Shown here: piece by piece, positions 9,327-19,389 of the stretch
How positions within the stretch are numbered: position 1 is the first letter of the stretch
Layout of the letters: every line of letters starts with the position of its first letter
Assembly (NCBI GenBank): GCA_963850905.1
Contig: CAWKMU010000004.1
Location: 192,001-256,000, forward strand
DNA: 64,000 nt
Source: an uncultured Gemmatimonadales bacterium
GTDB taxonomy: Bacteria; Gemmatimonadota; Gemmatimonadetes; Gemmatimonadales; Gemmatimonadaceae
Direction of reading: 5' to 3'
The notes under the pieces: generated by a model
Told to the model about the DNA's origin: nothing
Database searches by the model: none
What the model saw: only the letters and a program-made list of their open reading frames with translations
Program-made: the position numbers and the translations under genes

Positions 9327-12038
9327 TTACGCCCTTATCGCCCCCGCAGGCGGTATCCGCGCGGCCCGCCAAGCCGGGACGAGACAGGCGGCAAGGGTAA
9401 CGACCGCGAGCCCGGCCGCCAGTGTGATGTAGGTCACCGGATCCTGGGGGCTGACGCCAATCAACAGGCTGCGAAGAATGCGCGTCGCGGCGAGTGCGAG
9501 CGCAACGCCGACTGCGAGACCAGCCGCCGTGAGCAACATGCCCCGACGCACGACATCCCAGAGAACCTGCTGCGCCGTTGCGCCCATGGCCATCCGGATC
9601 CCGATCTCTCGCGTCCGAAGCGCGACGGCATAGGCAACCACTCCGTAGAGGCCGATCACCGCCAGCAGCAGCCCAAGAAGGGCGATGACCGTCGCAAGCG
9701 TGGCGCCGAGGCGTAATGGCAGGAATGCGAGGCCGTCGTGGAGGTGCGCGTACATCGTCTCGACCGCGTAAGGCGCGAGGTTCGCATCGAGTGACGCCAC
9801 GACGGTCCGAACGGCAGGCGCTAGACTCGCCGGGTCTCCATCCGTCGCGACATGGAGCGTCATCTCCGACTCGTACCGCTGCGCGAAGGGCACGTACAAC
9901 ATCTGCTCCGGCTGCTCTCCGACGAAGATGTTTGTCACCGTCTTGGCGACGCCCACAACGTGGACCTCGGGGCCAGTCGGATTGAAGCGAATCCGCTTGC
10001 CGATTGGGTCCTGCCCAGGCCACAGTCGAGCCGCAGTGGCTGTGTTGACGACCGTCACGCGCTCGGCGAGGGAGTCGTCGCGAATCGTGAAGTCGCGACC
10101 GCTGCGCAGCGGAATCCCCAGCGTTGCGAAATATCCCGGGGTGACCCTGACGGCCTCGATATGCGTGTGCCCGCGTTCGGTCGTCAGCGACGGCAGGTCG
10201 GCGTAGACGTCCAGGTCGCTGTGGCTTGTGCCCAGCGGCGTCGCGCTGGCAAGTGCGGCGCTTCGCACGCCATCGAGTCGTCCAACTTGGCTCACCAATG
10301 CCTGAAAGAATCGCTCGCCTCGAGCGGTGTCGTATCGCGCAAGCGAGACATCCACTGTCGCGAGCAGGCCGTGATCTTGCCGGAAGCCGAGATCGAGTGC
10401 AGCCGCACTTCCGAGGCTGCGGAGGAAAAGGCCCGCGGCGACAAGAACGACGAAGGCGACGGCCACTTGTGCACCAACCAGCGCGGCGCGGAAACGCGAG
10501 GTCGTCGCGCCGCCAGCTGCGCCTCGGCTTCCCTCCTTCAGTACCTCGCCCACGGCTGCCCGCGACGACTTGAGCGCGGGACCGATGCCGCTCACGAGCG
10601 CCGCACAGAACGCAGATACGACCCCGAGCGCCAGCACTCGCCAATCCACCGTGACATCGAAATGCACGGGCACGTTCGAGGACAGGTGCAACGATTGCAG
10701 CCAGTGGGCCGCACCCGCCGCCAAGGCGATGCCGACCACCCCACCGAGCAAGGCGAGCACGAGACTCTCGGTGAGCAACTGGCGTACGAGTCTGGTGCGC
10801 CGGGCGCCGAGCGCCGTGCGCACGGCGAGCTCGGTTTGCCGCCCGGTCGCTCGAGCAAGCATGAGCGACGCGACGTTGGCGCAGGCGATGAGGAGGACCA
10901 GACCCGTCAGCGCCATGAAGATCGCCGATATGCGCGGCATGAAGCGGGTGACCGCGATATCGGGACGCGCTCGGAGCTCGGGCTCCATGACAAACCGCTT
11001 GCCTTCATTCTCGACCGGGTATTGGCGCTGCAGCTGGGTCGCCAGCAGATCCAGCGCCTGTCGAGCGGACGTGAGCGTGACTCCCTCGCGCAGGCGACCG
11101 ATGATCTTGAATCCTCCGCCCGTGCGGCGATGCAGCCAGTCGAGCTCGGACGGATCGAGGTCGTGAATGAGCGTCGCCGGGATCCAACCGTCCTCCTGAA
11201 TGTCGGGCTGCGTCCCCTCGAAGTCAGCTGGCGCGACTCCGACAATGGTCATGGGCAGCCCGTTCAGTACCACAGAGCGCCCCACGACGCCCGGCACGCC
11301 ACCGAGCTCACGCTGCCACAGACGATAGCTGATGACGATCACCCGCTCTCGTCCGAGCGCCTCCGCCGGCGTGAAGGCTCGGCCATGCGCCACCGACACA
11401 CCGAGCATCGACCAGAAGTTTTCGGAGACCGCCTGGAACAGAGTGCGCTCGGTGTGATCGCCCACGCGCAGGCTGACGGGCCACGTGACGCCGGCGGCCG
11501 CATCGCGCAAGACCGTGCGGAGATTTCGGATGTCGACGAAGTTCAGATAGGAATTGTCGCCGGGGAAGGTCGTCCCACTCGAGATCGTACCGATCACGAC
11601 CAGGTTGCCCGGGTTCGCGACCGGCAACGGACGAAAGAGAAGATGTGCGACGACGGCAAACACCGCAGCGGTCGCGCCGGTACCGAGGCCCAGGCAGAGC
11701 AGGGCGGCGATGGTGAACCCCGGCGCGCGCCACAATGTGCGGATCGCGTAGCGAAAGTCGAAAAGCAACGTCCCTACCGCCAGGCGACGAAACGTATTGC
11801 GGTCGCGGCGGTCGTCGTGCGAGCGTAGCTCGGCGTTGACGCGCGCGACGTCTCCAAACCGTTCGTGGGCCGCGCGCCGTGCCTCATCAGGCGTCATGCC
11901 TCGTTCCTCGTATTCTCGCTGTCGCATCTCAATGTGAAACTGGAGCTCGTCGCCGACGTCCGCCGGCGAGTTGTCGCCCCAGAAGCGAAGGTATCGATGC
12001 CACATGGGCGGCCTTACGGCATTCCGCGGACGGCGCAT
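9327..12038 (-). CDS. ADOP-family duplicated MacB/FtsX-type ABC permease
   Basis: DELQFHIEMR prefix domain, APGFT, VLLIACANVASL, ELAVRTALGA, GLYGVVAY...REIGIRMAMGA. Confidence 0.92.
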   Translation of the reverse strand: MRRPRNAVRPPMWHRYLRFWGDNSPADVGDELQFHIEMRQREYEERGMTPDEARRAAHERFGDVARVNAELRSHDDRRDRNTFRRLAVGTLLFDFRYAIRTLWRAPGFTIAALLCLGLGTGATAAVFAVVAHLLFRPLPVANPGNLVVIGTISSGTTFPGDNSYLNFVDIRNLRTVLRDAAAGVTWPVSLRVGDHTERTLFQAVSENFWSMLGVSVAHGRAFTPAEALGRERVIVISYRLWQRELGGVPGVVGRSVVLNGLPMTIVGVAPADFEGTQPDIQEDGWIPATLIHDLDPSELDWLHRRTGGGFKIIGRLREGVTLTSARQALDLLATQLQRQYPVENEGKRFVMEPELRARPDIAVTRFMPRISAIFMALTGLVLLIACANVASLMLARATGRQTELAVRTALGARRTRLVRQLLTESLVLALLGGVVGIALAAGAAHWLQSLHLSSNVPVHFDVTVDWRVLALGVVSAFCAALVSGIGPALKSSRAAVGEVLKEGSRGAAGGATTSRFRAALVGAQVAVAFVVLVAAGLFLRSLGSAAALDLGFRQDHGLLATVDVSLARYDTARGERFFQALVSQVGRLDGVRSAALASATPLGTSHSDLDVYADLPSLTTERGHTHIEAVRVTPGYFATLGIPLRSGRDFTIRDDSLAERVTVVNTATAARLWPGQDPIGKRIRFNPTGPEVHVVGVAKTVTNIFVGEQPEQMLYVPFAQRYESEMTLHVATDGDPASLAPAVRTVVASLDANLAPYAVETMYAHLHDGLAFLPLRLGATLATVIALLGLLLAVIGLYGVVAYAVALRTREIGIRMAMGATAQQVLWDVVRRGMLLTAAGLAVGVALALAATRILRSLLIGVSPQDPVTYITLAAGLAVVTLAACLVPAWRAARIPPAGAIRA

Positions 12039-12044
12039 AACAGT

Positions 12045-14747
12045 TTATGACCCGATGGCCTCGGCAGGCGGCGTCCGCGCTGCGCGCCGTGCCGGAACCC
12101 AGGACGCGACAAACGTCACTCCCGCGAGGATGCCGCCTAACACGCAGAATGTGAGCGGGTCGCGGGCGCTCACATCGACGAGTAAACCACTGAGCAGGTG
12201 GGTCGTCGCAAGTCCCAGTACACACCCAGCGGCAAGGCCGATCGTCGACACGAGCATGCCCTCGCCAATCACGCTAATGAGAATGTCAACCGACGTCGCA
12301 CCAATCGCCATCCGGATCCCGATCTCTCGACGGCGCTGGGCCACGGAGTACGCGATGACGCCGTACAGGCCAATGGTCGCGAGCAGGAGCCCGAGCACTC
12401 CGATGCCCGTGGCAACCGTCGCCGCAATGCGCACCGGAATGAACGCGACGCCATCGCGCAGATGAGCGGTCATGGTCGTCAGACCATACGGAGCGACGTT
12501 CGGATCGAGCGACGCAACCACTGCACGGACCGGGCGCGCGAGCTCTTTCGGGTCCTGCGTCGTGAGCAGGTGCAGCGTCATCTCCGGTTCGTACCACTGG
12601 CGAAAGGGAAGGTACGCCATTGGGACCGGGCGTTCACGAAGGATTTGAGATGTGACGGTTGCGACGACTCCGACGATCTCGACCGGTGGTCCCCCGAGGT
12701 CTAGCCGCACTCGCTGGCCAACCGGATCCTGGCGCGGCCACAGTCGCGCCGCCATTGCAGCGTTAATGACCATCACCCGCGGGGCAGCGCTGTCGTCGCC
12801 CTCCTCGAACACGCGGCCCCGCAGGAGGCGAATGCCCAACGCGCTGAAATAACGAGGAGTGACCACGTTTCGCTCGACATTCGTATGCCCTTTGTCTTGC
12901 ACGAGCGTCGGCAGATCGGCGTAGATCCCGAGGTCATTGTGGTCGGTGCCCAACGGGATATCGAATCCCAATGCCGCTGACCGTACGCCAGGTAGATCGC
13001 TGGCACGCTGCACGAGCGCGCGAAAGAAGCGGCGTCCCTCGACACTGTCGTAGCGCGCGAGCGCAACATCGACCGTTGCCATGAATTCGTGATCCTGACG
13101 GAAGCCGAGATCGACTCGGCCAGCTCGTTGGACGCTGCGGACAAACAGCCCCGCCGTAACGAGCAAGAGGAAAGAGACTGCGACCTGCGCCGCGACGAGC
13201 GCCGCACGAAATCGCTGGCGGCCGACCCCCGCCTCCAAGCCGCGCGCCCCCTCGTTGAGTGCACGACCGATCCGCACGCCAGAACTGCGAATCGCAGGAC
13301 CAAGACCGCTGACTACAGCCGCGCCGGTAGCAACACCGGCGGTGACCACGACGACGCCCCAGTCGATTCGAACTCCGAACTGCACCGGCACCGCTACATC
13401 GATTCGCAGCGTCGTGACCCAGTGCACGACGATGGCCGCGAGCGCCAAGCCAACGACGGCCCCGCCTGCAGCAAGCGCAAGGCTTTCCGCCAGCAACTCC
13501 CGAATCAGTCGCAGACGCGGAGCCCCGAGTGCGAGTCGCACCGCCAACTCGGTTTGACGGCCGCTGGCGCGCGTCAGAATCAGCGAGGCAACGTTGGCGC
13601 AGGCAATGAGCAGGACCAGCACCGTCAACATCGAGAAAACGAACGCAGCCCGAGGAACAATCCCCGCCACCGAGATATCCGGACGCGCACGGATCTCTGG
13701 CGCCACCACAAACCGTAGCCCTTGCTCTTCCGTTGGATACTGTCGCTCCAACGCTCGAGCGAGCAACTCGAGCTGCTTTTCGGCGCCGTCAGATGTGACG
13801 CCGGGTTGTAGCCGCCCCAGCACTCGAAAGGCCGCGCCGTCGCGCGATAGCGGCTCGCGGATCCCGGGGTTGAGGTCGCGCAGCACCGTGGCAGGGAACC
13901 AGGCATCGAACGCAATGCTGTACGCCAAGCCCCTGGCCGAAGGCGGCGCAACCCCCACCACCGTCATCGGGATGCCATTGAGCGACACGCTGCGCCCGAG
14001 AACGTCGGCGGCACCCGCGAAGACGGTTTGCCACAGACGGTAACCAATGACGAGCAGTCGATCGCCATGGAGTGCCTCTGCCGGCGAGAATGGCCGACCG
14101 AGTGCCATATGCACCCCGAGCACCTCCCAGTAGTTCTCGGATACAGCCTCCATGATGCGCCGCTCACTGCGGTCAGCAACGCGGAAACTCACTTGAGTGA
14201 ACGTTCCCGCGACGGCGCTCTCGAGCACAGCGTGCTGGGCGCGGATTTCGAGATAGTCGGGGTACGGCATATTTCCCGGAGTGGCATCGCCGGCGTACGT
14301 GCTCGCGATCACGACGAGGTTGCCAGGATTCACAGCGGGAAACGGGCGCAGCAGAAAGGCATCGACGATTGCAAAGACGGCTGCCGTGGCGCCGGTCCCT
14401 AGCGCGAGACACAGGATCGCCGCGGCAGTGAAAGCAGGCGCACGCCGGAGCGTCCGCAGCGCATGCCGGAAGTCGCGCCCGATGCCCGCCGCCGCCGCGC
14501 GCAAGCGAGCCCAATGATCACGGCGGCGATCATGCGTCCTGAGCGACGCGTCGACCTGCCCGACGTCGCCGAATCGCTCGCGAGCGGCCTGCTGCGCAGC
14601 CTGCGGTGTCATCCCCTGACGCTCGAAGTCGTGCGCTCGCATGTCGAGGTGAAACGCGAGTTCATCGCGCACATCCGCGTCGACATCCGAACCCCAGAAC
14701 CGAAGGTACCGCCGCCATGCTGCCGGCCGCCGCCCCCGCGTGCTCAC
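12045..14747 (-). CDS. ADOP-family duplicated MacB/FtsX-type ABC permease
   Basis: Same motif set as the neighbour; GTG start overlaps the PadR stop (GTGA). Confidence 0.92.
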   Translation of the reverse strand: MSTRGRRPAAWRRYLRFWGSDVDADVRDELAFHLDMRAHDFERQGMTPQAAQQAARERFGDVGQVDASLRTHDRRRDHWARLRAAAAGIGRDFRHALRTLRRAPAFTAAAILCLALGTGATAAVFAIVDAFLLRPFPAVNPGNLVVIASTYAGDATPGNMPYPDYLEIRAQHAVLESAVAGTFTQVSFRVADRSERRIMEAVSENYWEVLGVHMALGRPFSPAEALHGDRLLVIGYRLWQTVFAGAADVLGRSVSLNGIPMTVVGVAPPSARGLAYSIAFDAWFPATVLRDLNPGIREPLSRDGAAFRVLGRLQPGVTSDGAEKQLELLARALERQYPTEEQGLRFVVAPEIRARPDISVAGIVPRAAFVFSMLTVLVLLIACANVASLILTRASGRQTELAVRLALGAPRLRLIRELLAESLALAAGGAVVGLALAAIVVHWVTTLRIDVAVPVQFGVRIDWGVVVVTAGVATGAAVVSGLGPAIRSSGVRIGRALNEGARGLEAGVGRQRFRAALVAAQVAVSFLLLVTAGLFVRSVQRAGRVDLGFRQDHEFMATVDVALARYDSVEGRRFFRALVQRASDLPGVRSAALGFDIPLGTDHNDLGIYADLPTLVQDKGHTNVERNVVTPRYFSALGIRLLRGRVFEEGDDSAAPRVMVINAAMAARLWPRQDPVGQRVRLDLGGPPVEIVGVVATVTSQILRERPVPMAYLPFRQWYEPEMTLHLLTTQDPKELARPVRAVVASLDPNVAPYGLTTMTAHLRDGVAFIPVRIAATVATGIGVLGLLLATIGLYGVIAYSVAQRRREIGIRMAIGATSVDILISVIGEGMLVSTIGLAAGCVLGLATTHLLSGLLVDVSARDPLTFCVLGGILAGVTFVASWVPARRAARTPPAEAIGS

Positions 14748-15094
14748 GCGAGCGTCGGCGCCGCGCGCAAGACGCTGGTCACCGCTCCCGCATAGCGCGT
14801 CCACGCGACCGCCTCAGCCCGGAGATAGGCTCGGCCGCTCGTCGTGATCCGGTAGTACCGCGCACGACGATTGTTCTCCGACAGGCCCCACTCGCTGTCG
14901 ACCAGCCCCCGGTCCTCGAGTCTCCGGAGCGCCGGATACAGCGATCCCTCCTCGACGCGCAACACGTCTTGCGTCGTCCCCTCGATCCACCGCGCGATGC
15001 CGTACCCGTGCGTCGGCTCCGCGTACAGCGCTTTGAGAATCAGGATCGCGAGCGTCCCCTGCAGCAGCTCGCCCGACCGTGTCGCACCCGTCAT
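14744..15094 (-). CDS. PadR-family regulator (ADOP-associated type)
   Basis: LLQGTL, HGYGIARWI, EEGSLYPALRRLE, WGLSENNRRARYY. Confidence 0.93.
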   Translation of the reverse strand: MTGATRSGELLQGTLAILILKALYAEPTHGYGIARWIEGTTQDVLRVEEGSLYPALRRLEDRGLVDSEWGLSENNRRARYYRITTSGRAYLRAEAVAWTRYAGAVTSVLRAAPTLA

Positions 15095-15103
15095 GCGTGA
15101 CCC

Positions 15104-15126
15104 TCCCCCTTGGCACGTCTATGGGA
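15104..15126 (-). promoter_or_regulatory. Candidate PadR auto-operator
   Basis: Loose dyad TCCCATAGAC...CCAAGGGGGA, between a TACTAT -10-like hexamer and the RBS. Confidence 0.35.
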
Positions 15127-15159
15127 GCGGATAGTATGGCTGCGCAAGAGTCGGTGCAA

Positions 15160-15228
15160 GTACGGGTAACGGGTGACAGGGGACAGGGGACAGGGGACAG
15201 GGGACAGGTGACAGGTGACAGGTGACAC
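15160..15228 (+). repeat. Heptamer tandem array (CGGGTAA, CAGGGGA, CAGGTGA units)
   Basis: cgggtaa cgggtga cagggga x4 caggtga x3. Confidence 0.9.
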
Positions 15229-15294
15229 ACAAATGCTGACCAGGGACCCTAACCGAAAGGCCGATCGCAGCGCACCGCGACCGGCCAGGGACCG

Positions 15295-15319
15295 GTAGGG
15301 GCGACGCATTGCGTCGCCC
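15295..15319 (+). repeat. GTAG-type REP-like palindrome
   Basis: GTAG followed by perfect 10-bp stem GGGCGACGCA-T-TGCGTCGCCC. Confidence 0.65.
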
Positions 15320-15346
15320 GCTGTTGCCGTCGTATTTGGCGGTTGT

Positions 15347-15376
15347 CGTTACCCGTTACCCGTCACCCGTCACCCG
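15347..15376 (-). repeat. Heptamer array inverted relative to 15160-15228
   Basis: cgttacc cgttacc cgtcacc cgtcacc. Confidence 0.85.
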
Positions 15377-15394
15377 CCTTTCCAACGTCTAATC

Positions 15395-16954
15395 TCAGCT
15401 TCTCCGCCTCCGCGGCGTCCCCGAAATCACCAGGGCCTGCCCGGGCAGAATCGCGCTCTTTCGGAGCCCGTTCAGCCGCATCAGCGAAGCGACGGTCGTG
15501 TGGTAGTGAACGGCGATGCGGCTCAACGATTCGCCCGATCGCACGATATGGATCTGCCGCCCGCTTCCATACCGCTCGATTGATGGATCGGGGACATTGA
15601 GTGCCGCCTTCAGGACCGCGGTCGTCGGCACCAGCACCCGCTCCCCTACGGGGAGCCGGCCGCTCTTCGCCGCACTCAACCCATGGTTATATACGCGCAG
15701 CTCGCGGACACTGGCGCCGGATCGTCGAGCCAACGTCGTCCAGGTCTCCCCCCGCCGGGTGGTCAACACGGCGTAGGCACTGCGGGTCGTCGAGTCGAGG
15801 GCCGCAAAAGCTTCGTCGAACGTCGCACCCTGTCCCACCGGAACGCGGACCGTGAAGGAATCCTTGGGCGGCGTGACGCCGCGCAGCAGATGTGGATTGA
15901 GATCCGCGATGGTCGCAGGGTCGGTCGCCGCCGCCTGCGCGATCGCCACTAACGGCGTCGACGGTCCCACACGCACCGAGTCGTACGAGTACAGCGGTTG
16001 CGCCTGAATGTGCAAGCCGTAGCGGGCGGGCTCCTTCGCGACCAACGCGGCCGCGATGAGCTGCGGGACGTAATCTTTCGTCTCCACGCGCAGGTACTTC
16101 TTGTCCGCGAGCGCGAAGAACAAATCGTCCCCTGAAGTCCCCTCGAAATCGTCGGCGTACCGCGCCAATCCCCGCGAGATGCGTCCTGGGCCACCGTCGT
16201 ATGCAGCGGCGGCTAGGTAGATGGAGCCGAATTGGTCCTTGAGGTAGCGAAGGAAGCGGATCGCCGCGTCCGTTGACCGCACGGGATCACGCCGCTCGTC
16301 GACCCACCAATCCACTCGCAAACCCGCGCCTTGCGCGGTGGAGGTCATGAGCTGCCACAAGCCGACCGCGGCGGCCCTCGAGTACGCCCCCGGGGAGTAT
16401 CCGCTTTCGATGATCGGCAGATACGCCATGTCCTCGGGCAGCCCCGCCGCGCGCAACTTCGCACGAATCAAGGGCTCGTACCGCGTCCCTCGCTCCACCC
16501 ACAGCGCGAAGCGGTCGCGCGCTTCTCCCGTAAATCGCGCGACGAAAAACTCCACGCGCCGCTGCGTCGCGTACGACCGGACGTCAATGTCCCACGTCGG
16601 GCCAGGACCGCTGATCCCGGGTGTAGTGCTGTCCGCTGTCCCGTGAGCATCCGCGTTCTCGCCGGTCGAGTCGCCAAAGACGCGCAGCGCCTGCTGGGTC
16701 ACATCCTGGTGGGTGACGAGATCGGCGGCGGTCACCGAGTCCCTGGCGATCGCGCGCGTGCCATGGACTGGTACGGGTGAATCGATCGAAGCAGCGCCAA
16801 TCGATGCGGGCCCCCCCGTCGCGCCAGAATCGGCGTGCGCAGGCGTGGGCCCTGGCTGCGGGGCGTGATGCGCGCAGGCGACGCAAACTGCCACTACGGC
16901 GAGCCCAGCTGTCCGCCGGGCGCGCGACGACGACCGCCGGGAACCGTCGCTCAT
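15395..16954 (-). CDS. MltD-like lytic transglycosylase with LysM domains, probable lipoprotein
   Basis: CVAC lipobox-like, IESGY, AVGLWQLM, VDERRDP, ETKDYVP, LNPHL, C-terminal LysM HIVRSGESLSRIA. Confidence 0.9.
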   Translation of the reverse strand: MSDGSRRSSSRARRTAGLAVVAVCVACAHHAPQPGPTPAHADSGATGGPASIGAASIDSPVPVHGTRAIARDSVTAADLVTHQDVTQQALRVFGDSTGENADAHGTADSTTPGISGPGPTWDIDVRSYATQRRVEFFVARFTGEARDRFALWVERGTRYEPLIRAKLRAAGLPEDMAYLPIIESGYSPGAYSRAAAVGLWQLMTSTAQGAGLRVDWWVDERRDPVRSTDAAIRFLRYLKDQFGSIYLAAAAYDGGPGRISRGLARYADDFEGTSGDDLFFALADKKYLRVETKDYVPQLIAAALVAKEPARYGLHIQAQPLYSYDSVRVGPSTPLVAIAQAAATDPATIADLNPHLLRGVTPPKDSFTVRVPVGQGATFDEAFAALDSTTRSAYAVLTTRRGETWTTLARRSGASVRELRVYNHGLSAAKSGRLPVGERVLVPTTAVLKAALNVPDPSIERYGSGRQIHIVRSGESLSRIAVHYHTTVASLMRLNGLRKSAILPGQALVISGTPRRRRS

Positions 16955-17090
16955 GGGAGACAGCAGATTGCGTGCGACGTGCCGCGGCAACTCTCGATCA
17001 CTCGCAAAGGGGCAACGACTTGAGGCGCGCTGCTGAGTTCCGGGTCCACGCGCGAACAAAGGCGGATATCCGCGGTGTTCGAGCTATGGG

Positions 17091-17552
17091 TCATCGCGTC
17101 GCGATGAAGTTGCCCAGCAGGCGGTTCGTGGCGTTCAGGACCGCGATCACGGCCGCTCGCACCGGATCACGCTCGGCAAGATAGCTCCCCAACAGCCGGC
17201 GCGGACCCTCGCCCTTCCGAAGCCCCAGGGCGACGATCACGATATTCGCGTCAAACGCTCGCAACGCCTTGATCCCCGCCAGCTCGAACTCGATCGCCCC
17301 GCCAGAGAAGTTTTCGAGGGCGTGGAGCGCGGCCTCGGCCGCGATGCGCAGATCGCCCATCGGGCTCGACTGGCCGCTGGCTTTGCCTACCACCGTCACC
17401 CCATCGAGCCACTCGAGCTCGACCTCGGCTGTGCACAGCCCCGATGGCGTCCGAACGAACCGGAAATTGGTGAAACGCAGCCTCTCCCGCTTCGCTTGTA
17501 ACGCACTCAGCGCCGACGGCGGTGATGGATCGGGCTGCTTGACGGTGGCCAT
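17091..17552 (-). CDS. Hypothetical protein resembling a stand-alone LeuA regulatory domain
   Basis: Beta-rich segments and C-terminal DPVRAAVIAVLNATNR. Confidence 0.65.
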   Translation of the reverse strand: MATVKQPDPSPPSALSALQAKRERLRFTNFRFVRTPSGLCTAEVELEWLDGVTVVGKASGQSSPMGDLRIAAEAALHALENFSGGAIEFELAGIKALRAFDANIVIVALGLRKGEGPRRLLGSYLAERDPVRAAVIAVLNATNRLLGNFIATR

Positions 17553-17655
17553 GCGACTCAGACCGGTGAACAGACGTGTACGCTCCGCTGCACCTTTGTC
17601 AGCGGCTACCCTGGTACACGAGCGACTGACCGAGAAGCAACCGTCGGATGTCGTG

Positions 17656-18174
17656 CTACATCATGCGCATGATGCAGAGATCCGTGAGGATCGCGATGGC
17701 CTGCCCCGCCAGTACATCGCCCGGGTAGTGCACCCGGAGGCAGACACGCGAGATGCCAACCGCAGCCGCCAGCATGATGAGCGGTGCGGCCCACGTGGGA
17801 AACGCCACCGCATAGACGAACGCCACAGCCATGGCAGCTGTGGCGTGACCGGACGGGAAGGAGAAGGCGTCGGGACTGGTAATCAGCGCCTCAGTTCCGA
17901 CCGCGGTAGATGGTCGTTCGCGTAGGACCTTCCGCTTGATGATCTGCACGACGCCGTGGGAGATCACCAGCCCGAGTGCGGCACGGAACGCTGCTGCACG
18001 AAAGGCAGCAGCCGCCAGGAGCGGAAGCCCCGCGGCCAGCACGCTGCACCACAGACCTCCCAGATGCGTGAGGATGACCCACGCACGCCGGGAGCCGGTC
18101 GACGGTTCGATGGCCCATCGCATGAACAGCGCGCGGTCGCCGGCGTCGAGTCGGGTCAGGAGAGACACGGCCAT
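17656..18174 (-). CDS. PAP2-family membrane phosphatase
   Basis: KRKVLRERP, SFPSGH, SRVCLRVHYPGD. Confidence 0.92.
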   Translation of the reverse strand: MAVSLLTRLDAGDRALFMRWAIEPSTGSRRAWVILTHLGGLWCSVLAAGLPLLAAAAFRAAAFRAALGLVISHGVVQIIKRKVLRERPSTAVGTEALITSPDAFSFPSGHATAAMAVAFVYAVAFPTWAAPLIMLAAAVGISRVCLRVHYPGDVLAGQAIAILTDLCIMRMM

Positions 18175-18327
18175 GCGCGTAGGCTAGCTGTGAAGCGCGA
18201 CTTCGCGATGATGGATGCGCAACGATCCTGTAAAACCGCTCAGCCGTCACATTCTGACCTTGCGCTCGGCCCCCACGTGCCTCCGGACAAGCCGCGAACC
18301 AACGCACTTCACTGGCCACTAAGGCTT

Positions 18328-18378
18328 GCGTCCAACGTCCAACGTCCAACGTCCAACGTCCAACGTTTAGCGTCTAGC
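18328..18378 (+). repeat. Heptamer tandem array (CGTCCAA)x5 plus CGTTTAG, CGTCTAG
   Basis: Read directly, just past the alkaline phosphatase-family gene stop. Confidence 0.9.
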
Positions 18379-18379
18379 A

Positions 18380-19222
18380 TTACGCCGCTGCCACCACGTC
18401 ACGCTGCATCGCCAGGATCGATCGTCCCTCGTAGCTCGAGGGGATCGGGACGCCCAACGCGGCGAGCACCGTCGCGGGAACGTCGACGAGCGTGGCGCCG
18501 CGGACCAGATCGCCGGGGCCGCTCCCGCACCCCGTGAACACGATGGGAATGGTGCGGTCCGCTGGATGGTCGCTCTCATGGTCCGTGAGCACAGTGCCGC
18601 CGCCACCGTGATCCGCCAGCGCGATGAGCAGGGTGTGCGCGTCGTCCGGCTGCAGGAGCTGAATGAGCCCGCCAAGCGCCGTGTCCAGTGCACGCGCAGC
18701 TGCCGCGTACTCCCGCGTCATCCATCCGTGTTCGTGGCCCGCACGGTCGGCATCCGGCCAATGAAGCACAAAAAAACCGCGGCGCTGATCTTTCAGCGCC
18801 GCGGTCGCTTCCGTCAGAATCTCGCGAGCTCCAGCTCCAGCGCATCGTGTGCGCCCGATGCCGAGATACTTTGCGATGCGCGTTGCGAGCCCTCCGTACA
18901 AGGGCGGCAGGCCGCCGACGAAAACCTCGGTGGGGTACCCGGCCTGGGCCAATACGCGTGGAAGTGGGTCCAGTGGCCCGCGCGGGCGTGGGATATGGAA
19001 CCGGTCGCTGACGACGCCGTGCCGCGCGGGGGTCTGTCCGGTGAGCAACGTCGCCATGGCAGCGGCCGTCACGCTGGGCGATACGGTACAGCCCTCCAGC
19101 GTCGACGCTCCCCGGGCGACGAGATGTCGCATGTGTGTCAATCCGAACGCCTCGATCGCGTCGGGACGCAATCCATCCAACACGACCAGGACCACACGAC
19201 GGACATCAAACGGATCATTCAT
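18380..19222 (-). CDS. Alkaline phosphatase superfamily / phosphodiesterase
   Basis: VLDGLRPD, PSVT, DRAGHEHG, ADHGGG; GGAG RBS. Confidence 0.87.
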   Translation of the reverse strand: MNDPFDVRRVVLVVLDGLRPDAIEAFGLTHMRHLVARGASTLEGCTVSPSVTAAAMATLLTGQTPARHGVVSDRFHIPRPRGPLDPLPRVLAQAGYPTEVFVGGLPPLYGGLATRIAKYLGIGRTRCAGAGAREILTEATAALKDQRRGFFVLHWPDADRAGHEHGWMTREYAAAARALDTALGGLIQLLQPDDAHTLLIALADHGGGGTVLTDHESDHPADRTIPIVFTGCGSGPGDLVRGATLVDVPATVLAALGVPIPSSYEGRSILAMQRDVVAAA

Positions 19223-19344
19223 GGCGACTCCAGTGAGAGCGAGGTACATTGTCGCGCCGGGCACCCGCCCACGAGTTGGCAGTGCACTGTCGCGTGCACG
19301 CGCCCAACTAAACCCGCTCTCGCCACGACCACATCGGTCGTGGT

Positions 19345-19382
19345 GTGACATACAGGTAACGCTTCGCTCACACTTTGATGAC
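19345..19382. promoter_or_regulatory. Pho-box-like array of four repeats at 11-bp period
   Basis: GTGAC 19345, GTAAC 19356, CTCAC 19367, ATGAC 19378 (reverse strand GTCAT, GTGAG, GTTAC, GTCAC). Confidence 0.55.
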
Positions 19383-19389
19383 TTCGGGG

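Noticed and set aside
9852..11828. 658-aa antisense ORF, and similar long shadow ORFs at 3054-4580, 27108-28667, 34060-35412, 42497-43912 and 57165-58625
   Set aside because: They overlap well-supported genes, are Arg/Ala-rich without motifs, and are expected from stop-codon scarcity in GC-rich DNA.
15110..15126. TTGGCACG as a sigma54 -24 element
   Set aside because: The -12 GC is missing and it points away from padR with no gene downstream.
15160..18378. Tandem repeats as CRISPR arrays
   Set aside because: Units are 7 bp and contiguous, with no spacers and no cas genes.
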